Positions 24,951 through 37,912 of a stretch of 43,189 bases of DNA are shown piece by piece. Source of the DNA: Tubiluchus corallicola (taxonomy: Eukaryota; Animalia; Priapulida); contig JAQGDQ010000677.1 of NCBI GenBank assembly GCA_030141605.1, forward strand, positions 1 through 43,189, given 5' to 3'. The position numbers and the translations under genes were made by a program. The notes under the pieces were generated by a model, which worked only from the letters and a program-made list of their open reading frames with translations, ran no database searches and had not been told where the DNA came from. Position 1 is the first letter of the stretch, and every line of letters begins with the position of its first letter.

Positions 24951-26794
24951 TTTATATGTTGCATGGATACCTTGCACATATTCAGAGCTCGTATTCATGC
25001 GTGTTACTAATAAAAAATTTACAAATATGTTGCAACAACATCTTATTTAACCTTTAGCCGACCAACGAGTTTTTATATTACAATAAAGACCAAGCGGGGT
25101 AAAAAATTACTCCATGAAAGTTTTGCTTAATATGTGTTCTAACTGGACAGAATGACCAACTGGTAGTTGAGGTTCTCCTATTAGTACAAAACCAAGTTTT
25201 GTGGCAAGTTGGTATGGTGATATGAGGGCACCAAGGATAAAAAGGATAAAAAGAGGCCATCCACCATTGCGCTATATTATTTATGCTTGGTTTTTTTCAA
25301 GTCTTGTGAAAATCTTTATATTAGCCTAATATTGTTCACTGTTTAATTCTAAGACGTCCACTTCGTCTTCACTTGCTGGCTCTTCTAAAATTTTATCTTC
25401 ATCAGCATCAAGCTTAGTCACATTTGCTAAAGTTCCCGCCATATTTGAAATTCAGTTGGACTTGGAAATTTCAGAATTTATCACTAAATTACTAAATTAC
25501 TAAACCCGTTGTCAAACTTTAATATGAAATTTTCTCAGCAGATTGTTAGAAACAACACTTTGCAGAAGTCAAGGCTGAATTGGAGGTTTGCAGCACTTCC
25601 CAGTTTTAAAAGTAAACACGTGGTGCTGCTAGAAAGAAAAATACTGCAAAGTAATTCCAAAATTTTGCTAAATAAAAGACCGGGGGGTAAACTAATGAGT
25701 TAAGTCACATCAGGGGTATCTGGCACTCGTGCTTTGTAAAAAAAACATGAATAATACTTTTCAACAAAATCAATTGTTTATACAATAGTTCAATGAAGGT
25801 TAAGATAACTGTGAAAGTCATTTTTGAAGTTGTTGTTCAGTCACTTTGTTATGATTGAGTTTAGACAGAGAAGTATGGACAAGAATATAAAATCTATAAT
25901 AAATATTTGCACTGCACACAACAGAAAAGTGTTTATTGAACTACAGAAAACATGAGTAGCAAAACTGCTGCACTGAACATTGAGCAAAAACTAGAAAGCA
26001 AAAAACAGTCAGTAAAACCTGTTTCACAGCCAGTATACAGGTATAGAACTTGACCTATGCAGAGTTGTACAGGCTTCACAACAACCAGTAATTTTAGATA
26101 GGGAGAGGACCAGTGTGTATGTATTCACTGGACCATACAATTATACTGAAGGTAAGTCAACTGGTAGAATGTAACAAGATTAGCACATAGATGGCAGCAC
26201 CTAACTACAAAGTACAATTCCAACTTCCACAATAACTGTTGTACAATCCAGATTATTACTCAAATTTCATGAGTGACAAACAAATTGTTTATTGACAATT
26301 TTAACAACAATCAGCTACTTTACTGTCTGCTCTACAACCGTCTGAGTATGATAACAAAGCCAACAAATTTCCAGTCGATTCCAGTAATATCTAAAACAAT
26401 TTCAGACTTGTCTACGTGTAAATCAATGTCTGAAATTTTCGAGTGAATTTCAACTTAGTCCAATTGAATTTCAAATTTATTTCGAATTCAGGATTAAGTC
26501 TCACAGATCAAAGTGGCATAGTCCTACCCAACATCAAAAACGTACATGCTCACGCACAAATATGTACATATTATATTGTTACTTAGTAGCTCTGAATATA
26601 TTAAAGTATCTGGAAATAGCTCCCAGGTATTTAATCCATTATGCTCTATGCTGATTCCTGAGATGGATACGCCCTTGTCCGTCAGCCCACTAAACCGACG
26701 ACGCCATTCCATAGCGACGGTTTCACACCTGCTTTTCAAAGGTACTATGCAATGGCTTCGTACTGACGTTTAGCCCCAGTACGCTCATGTATAT

Positions 26795-27209
26795 ATAGTG
26801 GAAAAAATCGTCCCTTATATCCGATGTCCCTTATAGCCCAAGTTGAGTCAGACCGAGAGTGTATCTAGACCTGTACTTTTCTGTACTTTTACCCATATTT
26901 TTATGGATTATTGCTACACATTCAGTGCAAACGGTATGTAGGAAGCTCCTTCAGTGATGTGAGATGTATGTGACCGCGGAAACCGAGCTGTTCGTAGGCC
27001 GAGTTTGCGGGAAATTGAGGTTAAAAATTGATCAATTTCGCTTTGATCATAGGCTCCCTTATATGCGAGGTAATTTATATGCTTCGGTCCCTTATAACCG
27101 AAAGTCCCTTATATACGAAGATTTTTACATAGGAAAAACGTTACGAAAAATCGGCACCAGTATTTGTGGTCCCTTATAAGCGAGTACCATATACCCGAGG
27201 TTGACTGTA
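26795..27209. mobile_element. Tc1/mariner (Pogo/Tigger-like) non-autonomous element, left TIR damaged
   Basis: Right end CCGAGGTTGACTG|TA (= TA|CAGTCAACCTCGG); repeated subterminal TCCCTTATA motifs at about 26810, 26826, 27055, 27088, 27105 and 27170. Confidence 0.6.
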
Positions 27210-27573
27210 ATGCCATTTACTACAGCTGTTACGAAACCAACAATCTTCACGTCGTCACCATAGCAACTACTGTCAAATATCACCATGGCAACTAATTTCT
27301 GTAAATAACGTTTTACATTACGTACTAGTCATGTATCGCAACCTAGAACTGACAACAATAGGAGTGGCATTATTGCTGGGACTAACCTATATGGGTCACT
27401 TTAGCCAAAATAAGTACCCCAATTATGCTGGCTGAGTAGCTGATTTTATGAAAAGGTGACAAGCATTATTTCTTTGTATAAACAGGAAACATTCAAGCTG
27501 GCAAAATTAAAAATTATACATTAAAAGTCAGATTTTAACATATTTTCGGCTAATAGGAAAAAGATGTAATCAC

Positions 27574-27984
27574 TAGTGGTGAGCATCGAACGTTCGAGTT
27601 CGAACGAGTTTTTTTAGTTCGAATTCGATTCGAAACTAAAATCGTAGATTCGAATAATTCAGCACTTCAGCCACATACATTCTTTATCATTAAAATATTT
27701 GAAGCAGCATGCAATTAGCCCAATTTAGTTGCAGTTTCTAACAAACTAGTTGCAAATTTTTAACAAACTAATAGCAGTTTTACTCCTGAACAAAATCAAT
27801 AAATATGCATGATCTTCGTAAGGCCACTTTTTACTAGTGATTCGAAAACTTGTTCGAAAATCTTTCAAACTCAATTCAAATTCAATTCGAATTCGAAATG
27901 CTGAAATTTGGTTCGATTCGAATTCGAAAGTCGCAAATTCGATTCGATTCGAATTCGCTTTCTGGCGGAGAATGCTCACCCCTA
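27574..27984. mobile_element. hAT MITE, copy 3
   Basis: TIRs TAGTGGTGAGCAT / ATGCTCACCCCTA; 8-bp TSD GTAATCAC / GTAACCAC (7 of 8 match). Confidence 0.85.
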
Positions 27985-28280
27985 GTAACCACCAATGCGC
28001 CACTGTTATCCAACAAAAATGGTGTAATGTGCTATTTTAATAATGACTGTGGTAAATTGAAGAATGTTATATTGAACATAAGTACATTTCTACTTCTACA
28101 CGGGTGTGATTTCACAAATACCCTACGCCCAACTACTAAAATAGGCCCTAACACTAGATGTAAACGTTCAGTGTACCAAGACAATGTAATTTGGCGCAAT
28201 ACTGAGTAAACACCTGCATGAAATACACAAATTTGAACTAGGAAGGGTTCTAGGGTGGTCACACTGATGGGCCTGTAACA

Positions 28281-28645
28281 CCTGAAAATTAGTACTACCA
28301 CCGAGGCCGCCTGAAAATTAGTACTGCCACCGAGGCCCGCCTGAAAATTAGTACTGCAACCGAGGCCCGCCTCAAAATTAGTACTGCCACTGCGGCCTGC
28401 CTGAAAATTAGTACTGCCACCGCAGCACGCCTGAAAATTAATACTGCCACTGAGGCCTGCCTGAAAATTAGTACTGCCACTGCTGCACGCCTGAAAATTA
28501 GTACTGCCACCGCAGCACGCCTGAAAATTAGTACTGCCTCAAAATTAGTACTGCAACCGAGACCCGCCTGAAAATTAGTACTGCCACCGCAGCCCACCTG
28601 AAAATTAGTACTGCCACCGAGGCCTGCCTGAAAATTAGTACTGAC
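28281..28645. repeat. 30-bp minisatellite, about 12 copies
   Basis: Unit CCTGAAAATTAGTACTGCCACCGAGGCCCG. Confidence 0.95.
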
Positions 28646-29050
28646 ACTGATGCAGTAGGCACTATCATCACCTCTACTATCATCTAATATTTATAGTTCA
28701 AAACTGGTTTCCAGACCGAATGAATGAAATTCATTTTCTTGCCTTTATTTTGAATTTAGGCTCCCAGACTAGGAATTTACCTGCTAAATCATCGATCTTT
28801 GGAATAACTCCCGGGTCTTAGGTCCTATTTTTTTTACTAATAGAATATTGTGTCTTCCAGCACATATCCAATTAACTTTACCTACTCTGCATGCAAATAG
28901 AGATACTCATTAATCACGATAATGACTATATTTCAAAAATAAAGACAAAACTTTCTAAAAATAGTCCTATGTTAGATGTTATGAAAGCATTTTAAATCTT
29001 GTAACGGTGTTTTTTTTTAAATCATTTGCTTTAAATGTTTGGTAATGCAG

Positions 29051-29214
29051 CAAGTACATCGTCAAAGTCACTAGCAACAACAGTGGCGCCAGGCTGCGGT
29101 GGCGAAGTGCAAGTCATTACAGAAGAAGGCATTCTGACCTCTCCGGGATATGATAGCTGGTTTTACCCTAGCAATGCAGACTGCAGATGGTTAATCGTTG
29201 CTCCAGAAAATAAG
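29051..29214 (+). CDS. CUB-Ig-CUB gene exon: first half of CUB1
   Basis: CGG..ITEEGILTSPGY..YPSNADCRWLIVAP; acceptor GCAG|, donor AAG|GTATGA; phase 1 to 0. Confidence 0.88.
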
Positions 29215-29609
29215 GTATGATTAACTCTTTCTAAAAAAAGAAAATGAAAACTACTTAGATACTTTTGCGCATTTTGCTACTTATCACGAAACGAATGTTA
29301 TTAGGCTCGTTTGGTCTAATTTTACAGTCTTCAACACAATGTATTTGACAATGCACATTCTCAATTGTTGTTAGCCAAACCCATTCCTCTTAAGCTTGCT
29401 ACTACTGTACATCTTAAAAGATTTAATTCTTTTCCAATTAATTGAATTGTAGTGTCATCCAGTGTCATCGATTCTTTTTTCTGCTTTTACAATATTAAAT
29501 TATGAGGGGTGAGTGACTAGATGATCTGCGGTCTTTGCTCGCCCCATCTCCACGGATAAAGTTATTTTTTTGAAAAATGGAAATTTGTGACACATTTGGA
29601 GAAAATAAA

Positions 29610-29828
29610 TGTCTATGTCTAATTCTATGTCTATGTCTATGTCTATGTCTATGTCTATGTCTATGTCTATGTCTATGTCTATGTCTATGTCTATGTCTAT
29701 GTCTATGTCTATGTCTATGTCTATGTCTATGTCTATGTCTATGTCTATGTCTATGTCTATGTCTATGTCTATGTCTATGTCTATGTCTATGTCTATGTCT
29801 ATGTCTATGTCTATGTCTATGTCTATGT
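29610..29828. repeat. (GTCTAT)n hexamer microsatellite
   Basis: Near-perfect run. Confidence 0.98.
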
Positions 29829-29904
29829 AGTGCTTTTTATAAATGTGAACGTAAGTGTTCCAACTGGGCTAATTTGTTCTTGTTTCTGGCCTTAATTGTT
29901 TTAG

Positions 29905-30445
29905 TCAGTAAGCATCAGCTTCAAGGATTTTCAAATTCACTACGACGTAACCGACTGTGGCGGTGACAGGTGCACGTGTGATGCGCTTGAGGTTTACAAT
30001 GGCAATGATACGTCATCGACATTGCTGGATAGACTGTGTGGTTATGATATTCCAAGAGACTATCGGTCATGTCTGCAACTCTTCCTCCATTTCACAACAG
30101 ATTGGAAAATTGAGGCAAGGGGATTTAAACTGGAAATTAGTTTCGTTGAACCTCCTTCACCTCCTGATAGGTATGATCTTTTTGAAAAGCAACCTGAAAA
30201 TGTCGATGTTGTAAGTGATGGTAGCACAATAGTGGAATGTGTGCTTTGGAACTGCTACACGAACTGGTACTGTAACTGGACGCACAATGATGAACTGATT
30301 TCAATAGATGAGACTGAAAATATTGATTACCTTATCGATTTAGAAGAAGATCGTTTGAATAGTGGAAACTACAGCATTCAAGTCAGTGAACTAGATGCAT
30401 TTCAAAGAGATGGGATGTACAGATGTTCGTGCACAACCTCTAATG
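29905..30445 (+). CDS. CUB-Ig-CUB gene exon: second half of CUB1 + Ig-like domain
   Basis: SISFKDFQI..CDALEVYNG..LCGYDIP..LFLHFTTD..RGF, then FEKQPEN..VEC..NWTHN..YSIQVSEL..DGMYRC; acceptor TTTTAG|, donor ATG|GTAAAT; phase 0 to 1. Confidence 0.88.
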
Positions 30446-31989
30446 GTAAATATAAAATAAATTCTCTTAAACACTTCCTTCACTCAAGCGAAATGAATTT
30501 GCAGAGCAATGAGAAATAAACTTGTATTAGGCAAAAATATCATTTAGATTATAAATAGCATAAAATTAAATAGTGATACAAAAAATGATACGTCATGCTG
30601 AGGTTCGTTAATGAGCTGTCTCGAGTTCTCAACAAACTTATTAGCAATCATGTAATGAACATATGCAAACAACAGATGTCACGAAGTCCACAAATTGGAT
30701 GAACTTGTAAAAGTTGTTGTTTGAGAAGAACTTGATTGATGAAGAAACGATTTGTATATATTGTAAAACCCTTAACAAACGTAAACGTTATATGAGGATG
30801 CATTGGTATAGAAATATAGATGTATAAAAATTAAGGAATCCATAACAATTTGGTATAATTTCTGAGTTGGTTATCCTTTCTAGAAGACTGCAAGACGTAG
30901 ACTAGCCTTGCCTAGATAATCAGCAAGTGTATATAAGCGCAAATTGCGTGAGAATAATTACAATAGTTTCAGAGAGATGGGAGAACCTCCTTAAGCTTGT
31001 TAGAGTTTACACATAATAATTGATTCAGTGTACACAAAATTTTGCAAACGTTAATATATGTTGTTATTCGGTATCTGAATTTTTAATAGACTTTTCCTTT
31101 AATTCATAAAAACGTTGAATCGGTAGAAATAAATGGTGTGGTCGTATAGTTTTTATTGTAGTACACTAATTTCTAACATGATACAGTACATGTAACACTA
31201 AGGAATAAAGGGTGAGAACGAATACATGTTATTGAAGCATTTGTGTTAAAACCGAAATCTTCAACTGTCACTGCAGCATTCTGACGCTGCTTATACATAG
31301 CGTGCTATTTTTAGCTCATGACATCAGTTGTATTTTTAGCATACCTATTTTAGCGCATGATGCCAGCTCTATTCGTAGAACTGTCTTCTGCTGAGTTGCT
31401 GGTCAATAATCAGCTGAACACTGATTGGCCAATTCAGCAAGATGCTGTTGGGCTGTATAGGCGGGACTATCAGCTGTAACAAGAATACTGATTAGTTTAT
31501 TGGATATAACTGGCTAGCTGTCAATCATTTGCACGTGCAGGTGCTGGTAACTTTATCCAGACAAGTGAAACTATATTTGCTGAACAAGATATTATCATGT
31601 TATACATTTTATGATTAACGAGCTTCGTGATTGAGTTCTAATAATTTGTGTAACATTAGTAACAATACTTATTTGTTTATTTATTTAGTTCACATAAAAA
31701 TAGCAAAAAAAATAAGTGAATTTGTAGATTCTGCATGCATATAGGCCTTCTGCTGTGCTGTTTTAGAAAATATCTTGCCAAAATGTTTCTATGCACATTT
31801 CTATAATATAAGATTGAATTTCGTCTGATGCTTAGTTATGGTTAGTAAGTTAAAGAGTTGTCAAAAGATGTGATTATTTTTGTTTGCAGTTCATCATAGA
31901 ATAGATTCAGAAGAAGCAGAAATAAGAGTTTTTGGTAAGTATATATGGATAGATTCTGTATGGATGAACGTATGGACGGACAGACTTGC

Positions 31990-32411
31990 AGACTGAAGGA
32001 CTGATACTGATGGATGAATGGATGGATGGGGTGGAAGAGTAAGAGTAGTGGTACTGGTTGTGGTAGTGGTAGTGGTAGTGGTAGTGGTAGTGGTAGCAGT
32101 AGCGGTAGCGTAGCGTTAGTGGTAGCGGTAGCGGTAGCGGTAGTGGTAGCGGTAGTGGTAGAGGTTGTAGTAGTGGTAGTGATTGTGATAGTGATAGTGG
32201 CAGTGGCAGAGGCAGTAGCAGTGGCAGAGGCAGTGGCAGTGGCAGACGCAGAGGCAGTGGCAGTGGCAGAGGCAGTGGCAGTGGCAGTGGCAGTGGCAGT
32301 GGCAGTGGCAGTGGCAGTGGCAGTGGCAGTAGCGGTAGCAGTGGCAGAGGCAGAGGCAGAGGCAGAGACAGAGGCACAGGCAGTGGCAGAGGCAGTGGCA
32401 GTAGCAGTAGC
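31990..32411. repeat. Compound (GGTAGT)n/(GGCAGT)n/(GGCAGA)n microsatellite
   Basis: Directly visible. Confidence 0.95.
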
Positions 32412-32630
32412 TTTACGAATAATGCCTAGCTGCATTATTTTATCTAGATTTTAAAACTGCTTAGCAATCGTAGATATTGTTTCAGATGATGTAGACATGC
32501 TGTTATTCAACTTCTACGAAGACATTTGTCATTATTATCATCTGAAATGCTCTTAAAATAAGAAAGGATTATGTCTTTTACCCAGACTTCTATAATACAT
32601 CAAACGAAAACAAATTAATATTTCTTCTAG

Positions 32631-32696
32631 GAACTAATGATACCGAAGTTGTAGCTTTCGTTTGTAAATTTGCATTCGAGTGCTGTGCCAATACAG
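32631..32696 (+). CDS. Probable small exon completing the Ig domain/linker
   Basis: Acceptor TTTCTTCTAG|, open frame GTNDTEVVAFV..., phase 1 to 1; donor ambiguous (after 32663 GTAAAT or after 32696 GTCAAA). Confidence 0.45.
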
Positions 32697-32970
32697 GTCA
32701 AAACTGTAGTATCCGTACTTCACATTTCTTTTACACTATATAAATATATACCTTTAGAATGTTAGCTGTTTGTTATCTAGCAGCAAAAGTAATTGCTTAT
32801 AATCAAGATCAAATTTTTATGTGATCACAATCTATCTTAAATTGTGTAATATGTAGTAGTAGTTATTTTGATGTATTAATTTCTAACTTTGTCGTGGTTA
32901 TCCATAAATTTCACCAGATGTTGTTATGTTTTTTGTCGTATGCCAATAAATCTAAATCCATGATTTTCAG

Positions 32971-33101
32971 CACCAGGTTGTCTTGGTGAGGTACTGAACA
33001 TAACAGAAGAACGACTTCTTCATTCACATGCTGGATATGGGCAACAGAGTTACTTCAATGATCAAGACTGTAGGTGGCGCATCGTAGCACCAGTGGGAAA
33101 G
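32971..33101 (+). CDS. CUB-Ig-CUB gene exon: first half of CUB2
   Basis: APGCLGEVLNITEERLLHSHAGYGQQSYFNDQDCRWRIVAPVGK; acceptor TTTTCAG|, donor AAG|GTAAAT; paralogous to 29051-29214; not in the ORF track. Confidence 0.88.
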
Positions 33102-34518
33102 GTAAATATGTAAATCACAGAACGTCCATCAACCAGCAGATGTCCACCTCGCAATGGTTATTCAGATGGTCAGCCTGTATTTTGGCTCTAACAGCTTTTC
33201 GATTACTGACGCCAGTACTTGCTGCCAAGCTCACCAGCATTTGCGTGTGAAGCGCCTAACACAATGCAGGCAAAGCGTGTGCTCATGATTGAATTGCTTA
33301 AAGGAAAACCGGACGATTGTTTAGACTCAATTTCATTTTAACTTACTGTATAAATATACATTTTCTTGCCTATAAAAGTTAACAATTGTTACATATATTT
33401 GAATAATTAGCTGAGACAGTTAATTAACATCAACCGAACACAGCTATTGCTTACGTCAGAAACTAACCATACTTTGTGAAATGGCAGGTATCTTCCCTTG
33501 TGCGTCAAGCACATTTGCTGATAGTGTTTCTGTTTAAACGCCTGATGTCACGAAAATGGGCTTTACATCAGATGACGTCAGAAACTAACGCTGCAGTTCA
33601 TGATTATGGTTATCACGGTACCACTTTCTATTTGTCTGCATTTCGAATGTGACAAAAAGGCGACATTGCCAATCTTAGTAGATTCACTGAGACGCGCGTA
33701 GCTTTGAAAGTTTAACAAAATTTGAGAATCCGAGGTAATTATTATTTAAAAAAGCTATTGTAGTTTTCAATATTCGAGCAAGTGTTTGTGAGAACGTGTG
33801 TTACGTCATCAAGATAGGCGGGGCTAAACGCTGGTGTCAGTGAGCGAGTCTTTGTGAGAACGTGTGTTACGTCATCAAGGTGGGCGGAGCTAAACTGTGT
33901 ATTGGCTTTAAGTAGGCGTGTTTCTTTACGTTTTATGCAATCATAACCATTTAAATACTGTACATCTGCACAGCCACAGCAGAATGAACCACAGCAGTTG
34001 TTCATATCCACAACTGATACAGCAAAGCAAATGCTAGTTATCAAATAGTGGTGATACCTGCCACACTAAAATACATTGATTTTATTCAATTTTTATTTTA
34101 GATTTAAATCAATACGTAAAGTACTACATACCAACAAATAAATGATACATAATGTAAAACTATATACACCAGATAAAAAACTGTGCAAGAGGAGCAGAGG
34201 TTAGTTTAAATAATAAATGAAGCGGTTAGTAAAGAGTTCCAATAATGGAAGTTCAATGACTTATACCGAATATCTGTATCAGTTATGCTAGACAAAATCA
34301 CATTACTGCTGCATGAAATTCTGTTTGTTAGGCTAAAAACACATTTGTGCAATATGAATTTAAAATGATGAATACGACTGTTTGTACAAATTACTGACGC
34401 ATGCGTACCGTATTCATAATTAAAAAATAATGACATTGTGTTTGTCACTTTCATGCTGCTGACAACTTAATTATTACACAAATACTAAAATTATGAATTA
34501 TTGTTTCTGTATTTGCAG

Positions 34519-34753
34519 AATGTGCTCATAGGATTTAATTCATTTGATATTGAGGACGGTTATAATTGTGCTTATGATGCACTTTACATCTTCGACGATA
34601 GTGAGAACAATTGGTCGTCCAGATTGGCAATACTTTGTGGTTTCCATCTTCCCCCGGATTACCAGTCTTCTGGTCGACCAATGTTCCTTCAATTTACAAC
34701 TGATTCTTTTTATGGATATTCTGGTTTTGAAATTGAGATCAAATTTGTGGGCG
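34519..34753 (+). CDS. CUB-Ig-CUB gene exon: second half of CUB2 (gene continues downstream)
   Basis: IGFNSFDIE..CAYDALYIFD..LCG..PPDYQSSGRPMFLQFTTD..SGF; acceptor TTTGCAG|, donor GCG|GTAAGT. Confidence 0.9.
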
Positions 34754-34954
34754 GTAAGTTGGAATTTATTTTATTTTATTTCGAAGTAATTATTAAATAT
34801 AGCAACAATAAATCAGACATGGCTAAGAATATTACTTGTAAATTGCATTTGCAATAAGATAATTAGGAATTTCGTAATGCAATTTGGTATCAAATATTGT
34901 AATCTTTGAGCTGCCATTGTGGTTGGCATCAGGCCAAAGAAGCAAAAAGTGAAA

Positions 34955-36314
34955 ACCTACAAACAACACAAAACGTAAGATTCTAGCTGACAAACGTACA
35001 AACAATATAAACGTAAGATTCTAGCTGGCAAACGTACAAACAACACAAAACGTAAGATTCTAGCTGGTAAACCTACAAACAATATAAACGTAAGATTCTA
35101 GCTGGCTAACGTACAAACAACACAAAACATAAGATTCTAGCTGGCTAACGTGCAAACAACACAAAACATAAGATTCTAGCTGGCAAACGTACAAACAACA
35201 CAAAACATAAGATTCTAGCTGGCTAACGTACAAACAATATAAACGTAAGATTCTAGTTGGCTAAGGTATAAACAATATAAACGTAGGATTTTATCTGGCT
35301 AATGTACAAACAATATAAATGCAACTTTCTAGCTGGCTAATGTACAAACAATATAGACGTAAAATTCTAGCTGGCTAACGTACAAACAATATAAACGCAA
35401 GATTCTAGCTGGCCAACGTACAAGCAATATAAATGTAAGATTCTAGCTAGCTAACGTACAAGCAATATAAATGTAAGATTCTAGCTGGTTAATGTACAAA
35501 CAATATAAGCGTAAGATTCTAGCTGGCTAATGTACAAACAATATAAACGTAAGATTCTAGCTGGCTAACGTACAAACAACACAAAACATAAGATTCTAGC
35601 TGGCTAACGTACAAACAATATAAACGTAAGATTCTAGCTGGCTAATGTACAAACAATATAAACGTAAGATTCTAGCTGACTAATGTACAAACAATATAAA
35701 CGTAAGATTCTAGCTGACTAATGTACAAACAATATAAACGTAAGATTCTAGCTGGCTAACATACAAACACTATAAACGTAAAATTCTGGTTGGCTAATGT
35801 ACAAACAATATAAACGTAAGATTCTAGCTGGCTAATGTACAAACAATATAAACGTAAGATTCTAGCTGGCTAACATACAAACACTATAAACGTAAGATTC
35901 TAGCTGACTAATGTACAAACAATATAAACATAAGATTCTAGCTGGCTAACATACAAACACTATAAACGTAAAATTCTAGCTGGCTAATGTACAAACAATA
36001 TAAACGTAAGATTCTAGCTGGCTAATGTACAAACAATATAAACGTAAGATTCTAGCTGGCTAATGTACAAACAATATAAACGTAAGATTCTAGCTGGCTA
36101 ATGTACAAACAATATAAACGTAAGATTCTAGCTGGCTAATGTACAAACAATATAAACGTAAGATTCTAGCTGACTAACATACAAACACTATAAACGTAAG
36201 ATTCTAGCTGACTAACATACAAACACTATAAACGTAAAATTCTGGTTGGCTAATGTACAAACAATATAAACGTAAGATTCTAGCTGGCTAACATACAAAC
36301 ACTATAAACGTAAG
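34955..36314. repeat. 38-bp minisatellite, about 35 copies, cut by the LTR insertion
   Basis: Unit AAACGTAAGATTCTAGCTGGCTAATGTACAAACAATAT; ends mid-unit (…CGTAAG) directly at the LTR TG. Confidence 0.96.
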
Positions 36315-37315
36315 TGTGACGATGTAGTCTAAGTTCCGTTATTGTAAATATGTGGTTCGTGACTTAAGTGTAACCCTTAGGTAAAGAATAAAACACTTAG
36401 TCGAAAACACTGTGAAGAAACCACTGAATTAATAAAATAATATAACAATTTAATGAATGTTTCAAAACACATTACGAGACAACTGTTAATAATAAAGACT
36501 AAGCCGGCTAAGAAGAGAAAGAACAACGTAATGTTTTTCACCAGTGCAGTCTTTGCATCATCAAGCGACCATTCTCCCGCTAACCTTTCGCGCCCTCTCA
36601 CCACCAGGGGCCCGATCGAGGGATGGTGCACCACAGAACGGCCGACCACACCACCTCTTGATGGATCTGACCACGTGGACGAAGATGTCTCCAAACCCCG
36701 ACGACTCCCTATGCACACGCCTCCACTTACACGACGCCAAAACAGGGTTGCATCCAAGTTCCCGCACTCGCCGCAAGGCAAGGACCACCAATTCCGCAAT
36801 CACAGCATGGAAGCACCAACGACAGTATCATCAAAGTCAGGTAAATACTGGTAAGTATCATCAGCAGCAGATATCATCGACAACTGGTAAGTGATGTATC
36901 ATCAGCGTCAGGAAAATATAATCAGCAATAGGTAAGTATCATCGCTAGAATGCAACTATCGTCTCTGTCGTAACCAGGTAGACAGATCGCTTTTCTACAA
37001 GCAAGCACTATTACTACTAAACCATCATTTTATGACATGTGAACGCCCGCTTAACTCGACAACTTCAAGCGGAATACCTGGGCGAACTGAACAGCCAAAA
37101 TTTCGTCTACGTGGCTTCAATCACATGATATAGTAGTAATGCATAAACAGTATACTTGGATGTACAGGTGAAATCTAATTTCAGAACGAATTGGCTTCTA
37201 GCGTTATATCAGTTTAACTAAACTTCTTTTATAAAAATTGACAATAATTAATGGTAGAATTATAACAGTAGGAACTAGTTACATAACCTGGCCTAAAATA
37301 AGCCTGAGCGTCACA
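36315..37315 (-). repeat. 3' LTR (1001 bp)
   Basis: TGTGACG...CGTCACA inverted termini; weak PPT (minus ACGGAGGATGCTA) adjacent at about 37316-37328. Confidence 0.9.
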
Positions 37316-37912
37316 TAGCATCCTCCGTTACAAAAGCTTGATCCATCAAATTTTTTACTAAAATGTGATATCAAGACTTTTAACACAATAGGTCAGGGCA
37401 ATAAACTAGTTACACAAGAAATCATGATACATATTCATCACAATAATAGACCAAAATAACTAATGTCAATGACAAAAAAATACAATACTCAATCATTGTC
37501 TTCCTCAACAAATCTTTGTGAATTCCTTCACTCATGAAATAATTACATATCAGGTAATACAGTATTTGTTTACTCTTAAGCTTACAACGCAAGGTTCAAA
37601 TCTTGGTTTCAAAATAAATCAAACTAAAAATAAAACACTGTTTTGTCTTAAACAAAGGAGAAATACTTTTACTATTTATCAGCCTAACAAGGTTAAAATA
37701 ATACAATACAACAACACATCACGGCCCATGTTTTCTATTACCACTCATAGATGGCATTGCGAATATATTAAACTAATTTTGCAACAAAATTTTATTATTT
37801 GTAATTCATTTCTAATGAATTAGCTTCATATAATGTAAAAGAAAATATTTCAAACTGGTCAGAGGTGATCTTTAATCACCTAACTTGGGCTTTAGTGGTT
37901 GGAATTACCCAC

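Noticed and set aside
25047-25703. Possible second piggyBac remnant (TTAA ends, acidic minus-strand peptide)
   Set aside because: TIR match is too weak and no transposase motif is recognisable.
26041-26151. Open phase 1-1 segment with CAG| and |GTAAGT as an extra CUB gene exon
   Set aside because: No pyrimidine tract and no recognisable domain; cannot be supported without RNA data.
24591-32454. Poly-Ile/Met, (CL)n, (SM)n, (AT)n and (VA)n ORFs
   Set aside because: Microsatellite translations.
36377-36894. Overlapping ORFs in the LTR
   Set aside because: Disrupted in the other LTR and no recognisable domain.
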